A stretch of DNA of 57,371 nt, filler included, from Dugesia japonica (taxonomy: Eukaryota), in the NCBI GenBank assembly GCA_001938525.1. It is 5 parts of 5 records of this genome, joined end to end, with 100 filler letters (N's around TTAATTAATTAA, not from the genome) between each part and the next. Parts side by side here need not be neighbours in the genome. Positions count along the whole stretch, not along the records: positions 48,724 to 57,371 come from MQRL01609909.1; 4 more parts are not named here. The stretch is one strand, 5' to 3'. Shown here piece after piece: positions 53,201-57,371 of this stretch. Under the pieces are notes generated by a model. The model was not told the DNA's origin and did no database searches. It was given only the letters and a program-made list of their open reading frames with translations. The position numbers and the translations under genes were made by a program. The number at the start of each line of letters is the position of its first letter. The stretch's first letter is position 1.

Positions 53201-54215
53201 TGGTGAAGCCCTGCTTTTTTGGGTACTGTCTTTCGGAATAATTTTCATATACTTCCTCTTATCCATCGTTTATACTGACATCTTCATCTGCTATCGCATG
53301 TACTCGATTATATCGGTTTCTTGATCTTTCTGCAGTCATAAATTTCTGATTTGTTCTTTTCATTTTCAAGTTTGTGTAGCACTCTTCTGCTATATGTCCA
53401 CCATTACCACATCGTTTTCACCTCACTTATTGACATAAGCTTCTAATATGACTAACCTTCCCACATCCAAAACATTTTTTTGGTTTTTTTGGACAATTTT
53501 GACTTATATGTCCTGTTTTTTACAAGTCCAACACTCTACCACTTTTTTGGTCGGACAATTTGCTTTAGTANNNNNNNNNNTATGACATGACTAACATTCG
53601 ATATTTTGTTTTTCCTTTCTTTGCTCCACATGTCTATCCACTGTATGGTTTACCGGTTTCTTATAATTTCGATTTGTAACTCTCGCGTAGCTTCTAACTG
53701 CATCAACTCTATCTCTATTTTTCTCTACTCGATCTACAAACGCCATTGTTTCTTCAATTTCTTTTATATTCCCTCGTTTCCTCAAAGTCACTTCTTCTTC
53801 AACTTTTTTGTTATCTGAATAATATACTTGCATCTTTGCTACCATTTTTTCTACAGTAAAATCTTTACTTGTAAATAATCTTTCCACTAAATCTTTTACA
53901 TTTTTAAAATAAACTTGAATNNNNNNNNNNNNNNNNNNNNNGTTAATCAAATTTTGAAAGTCTTTGATAACACCTTTCTTTTTCTCAAATGCCATACGTA
54001 AACGGGCCTGAAATCCTTCAACTTTTTTCAACGTCTTTGCAGATTTTTCCAACAAATCTTCATCTAACTCAAAAGAGACTTATTTATCTTGTTGTTTCAC
54101 ATAAGTGATGTTTTTAGGTTCAAAATACAATTCACACTGCTTGATGAATTTCTCAATATCATCTCTTTTGCAGAATTCTTTCGGCAATAACCTCTGTAAT
54201 GGAATCGGTATTTAT

Positions 54216-54226
54216 CGCTGCCACCA
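54216..54226 (-). promoter_or_regulatory. Primer binding site, tRNA-Leu type
   Basis: TGGTGGCAGCG directly after the LTR ...CA end; complementary to the ..CGCUGCCA-CCA 3' end of animal tRNA-Leu(AAG/UAG). Confidence 0.8.
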
Positions 54227-54375
54227 TGTTAGGTAAATCTTCAATTGGTAATTCATTTTCCAAATCAGAACTAATAATTTGTGACATCGTTTATTTTACT
54301 GCTACAACTCTGCTATTTATAAATAATTATCATTGAAAAGAACTGATTGAAACTTAGTACTGAATTAACTCAATT
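54227..54375 (-). repeat. 5' LTR (truncated by gap)
   Basis: Direct repeat of 50104-50252. Confidence 0.9.
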
Positions 54376-54584
54376 NNNNNNNNNNNNNNNNNNNNNNNNN
54401 NNNNNNNNNNNNNNNNNNNNNNNNNNNNNNNNNNNNNNNNNNNNNNNNNNNNNNNNNNNNNNNNNNNNNATTATTATTATTATTATTATTATTATTATTT
54501 TGTTTATTGCGAAAATTACACTTTGTGTAATTATTCACTTTTCTAAATTTTTTAACCATGATCAGTGAAATGAAAAAATTAAAT

Positions 54585-54783
54585 ATTTTCAAAATAACGA
54601 AAATAAACTAAGGCGTAGATCAAAAAAGTTTCAAAAAAAGGTTTCTTTTTTATTTTTTCCAAATTTTCAAATTTCTCTTCTTCAGGAATTAATTTTGTTA
54701 TTTTAATACAAATTTTTAAAAAGAAACATTTTTTTGAAACTTTTTTGATCTACGCCTTAGTTTATTTTCGTAATTTTGAAAAT
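54585..54783. repeat. Near-perfect ~65-bp inverted repeat (foldback core)
   Basis: attttcaaaataacgaaaataaactaaggcgtagatcaaaaaagtttcaaaaaaa.. is mirrored at ~54718-54783 with 2 mismatches; runs into a gap. Confidence 0.9.
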
Positions 54784-57371
54784 NNNNNNNNNNNNNNNNN
54801 NNNNNNNNNNNNNNNNNNNNNNNNNNNNNNNNNNNNNNNNNNNNNNNNNNNNNNNNNNNNNNNNNNNNNNNNNNNNNNNNNNNNNNNNNNNNNNNNNNNN
54901 NNNNNNNNNNNNNNNNNNNNNNNNNNNNNNNNNNNNNNNNNNNNNNNNNNNNNNNNNNNNNNNNNNNNNNNNNNNNNNNNNNNNNNNNNNNNNNNAGGTA
55001 GCTTTTACATGCTAGGGTAAATATTTTTTTAAGAAATAAGGAAGATAAATTTCTTTAATTATAAACCAATAACTAAGAATCTTGTTATTTCTTAGAATGT
55101 AATCAATTAGAAAAATAAAAACATACATTAAAGTTATTTTTTGCAAGCATATTATAATTTAGATAAAAAATACAATAAAGAATGACAATGACTGTTTTAT
55201 ATTCTTTATGGTGAGTAAAAAGTGTTGGAGTGTGGGTAGTTATTTTAATAATTTGTGTTCCGACGATTGATAGAAAGCCTAGGTGACCTGTCCATACTTG
55301 TCCATGACTTACCCAGCCATCCTAAGATTGGTTTTCTCGATGGCACCGGTGACTCCAAAGTGATAGAAGCTCTGTAATTAACTGAAATACCTTTCGAAAT
55401 AAACAGAATTTAAAACTAAAAGTTTATTTGAGCATTATAAACACAATCATGATGGTCCTACAAAGCAGTATTATTTCACTAGTTCGTTACTACACATCAT
55501 AGCATGGTCATTACCAGGGATTGATCTAATAACGTTGATTTTCTTTTTCAATGATTCTCGAAATCCTCTTAGAGGAATTGTACAGATGGTTCCCAGAAAT
55601 CATCATGCATAATTTTGAATTTGTTTATTAGTTCTCTTATGGGAAATTCACTATCTGCCTGGTTTACTATCCATACCCTATATAGAGTATCAGAAATGAA
55701 GATCGGTAGTTGAGTCAACTGATATTCACTTCCATTCTACAGGAGAGCATCCATCGTGTATCAAAAATCTGTCAATCAATTTGGTTATCATTATAGCTTT
55801 ATCGATTTTGCCTTTTGCAGTTCATTGTCAGAAAATCATTTTTTTATAGGTTTAGACTTGTCGTCAGCACTATCAGCCATTATTTTTCTGTTTTTTGAAT
55901 TCGAGTAATCTATTTTATATTGTATAAAGTTTTTCTCCTATTTTATAGTTGAAACTGGAAGAAATAAGCTGGTTGCCGTGTTAGTTTTTTTGTTTTCTTC
56001 ATTTCAATAAACTAAAATAAGACTTTTAATTCAATACTTTATTTAAAATACAAATAATTCTTCTTTGAAATTCTTCTTGCTTTTGAACGCTTCTTTCAAA
56101 ATTTGCCTTTCCCAATTTATGTTTTTTAAATAATAATAAATTTAAACAAATTTATTATATTTATTAAAAATATATTTTACAAANATTTCGAATTTACATT
56201 TTAAAAATTTCAACTAATAAATATTGATTTAATAAAAATCTTATTGAATTAAATTTTTAAAATATTTACGAATTTTTAAAATTACCTAATATATTTTACA
56301 AATATTTCGAATTTTTAAAATTACCTAACAACCGTCATATCATAAATTATACTCAAATACGTTAATTGTTTTTATATTTTAAAGTTTAAATATTATTTTA
56401 AAGATTAGATTTTAAATTTTTAAGAAGAATTAAATACTTTAATTAAAATAAAAGTAATTTCTGGAATATAATAAAATTTTAAAAATACATAGAAAATTAA
56501 ATAATTTACGTTTCAGTGATTTTAAAATAAAATAGAAATGTAAAAATTGTTTTAGTATTCATTTAGTTATGAGAGAAATTTTTTTTAATGTTCAATGAAT
56601 TTTATAATTACAATTATTGTGAGAATAATTGTTGAACTTAACCATTGATCGCATTTGAGATTTCAATAAAATAAAGAAAATGCTTCCATCAAAATAAAAT
56701 GTATTTTTGAAGAAATTCAATTGAATGATAGATAATTGCGAGAAGACAATTTCAAATAAATAGTAAATAAAAGTTTGAAACCTGTTGTCAAAGATGAAAT
56801 GATTGTATTGAATAAAGTTTTAATGAATTGATTTAATTGGAAATTATTTTAATTGTTTTTAATATGTTGCATTAAATTACGCATATTTTTACATTTCAAT
56901 TATAACTTCATTTACTCTTTCTAGTTTGTTATTGTATATTTTACTATAGTATTGAGACCCAGCAATATTGTATTACTAATACTATTATTATAATTATTAA
57001 TTTAATCTTATTTATTTTCAATTTATTTAGGAATCTAGTGGTTGTATACTCATGTTTGATTTATCAGATAGAAAATCGTTCAATAGTGTCCTAAAATGGA
57101 AAAGAGATCTTGATACTAAATGTATTTTTGGAGATGGGAAACCAATTCCTTGCATATTACTTGGTTCAATTAAAATTTATTATATTTTTATTGATTGAAT
57201 TTATTTGGAATCAGTTAAAATCGAATAGGAATTTTCAAATTAGAATTGAATTTCTATTTTAAGAACCGTAATTCGTTAAATTTTAAATTTTATTGAAAAT
57301 AGTTTAATTTTCTGGTGTAATTCGGGTGGCTAGAAAGTGGAAATCGCAAAAGAAAACTTTCTTGTGAAATG

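Larger units (their letters stand above)
50104..54375 (-). mobile_element. Near full-length degraded Ty3/Gypsy LTR retrotransposon (LTR-PBS-gag-PR-RT-RH-INT-PPT-LTR); the right end lies in a gap
   Basis: Gag with CCHC knuckles; protease LLDTG (52710-52994); RT SPWNTPLV..CLDFRQLN, AYYQVEL, MPFG, YLDG; partly deleted RNase H; integrase H-H-C-C, LDCG, SPYHHNANGQIE; two LTRs. Confidence 0.95.

Noticed and set aside
50798-53818. Plus-strand ORFs 50798-51250, 52202-52450, 52669-52962 and 53606-53818
   Set aside because: Antisense shadows of the Gypsy gag and pol frames.

Overview
Very AT-rich, gappy eukaryotic genomic DNA, not prokaryotic. It has GT-AG introns (one only 44 nt), (AAT)n microsatellites and an animal-type transposon repertoire; a flatworm such as a planarian is plausible but is only inference. 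Four identical 100-nt spacers (44 N + TTAATTAATTAA + 44 N) show the window is five artificially joined pieces. Host coding content is sparse: three spliced exons of a DUF389-like membrane protein (+, 15181-19634) and the 3' exons of an unidentified Ser/Asn-rich protein (-, 35480-38409). Most of the rest is decayed mobile DNA. This includes Polinton/Maverick relics (pPolB, major capsid, penton), a near-complete Ty3/Gypsy element with both LTRs inside an (AAT)n tract, further Gypsy fragments, a Gmr1-like element (integrase before RT), Helitron RepHel pieces and 3' ends, mariner, pogo/Tigger, hAT elements and MITEs, an RLE-type non-LTR fragment, and foldback repeats. The most notable observations are a Gypsy family whose Gag frame starts inside the LTR and reads through the tRNA-Leu PBS, its insertion into (AAT)n, an inverted pair of gag copies bracketing a symmetric host exon, the Gmr1 domain order, and the endogenous Polinton virus pieces. 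All protein calls rest on motif recognition from manual translation; no search was run.
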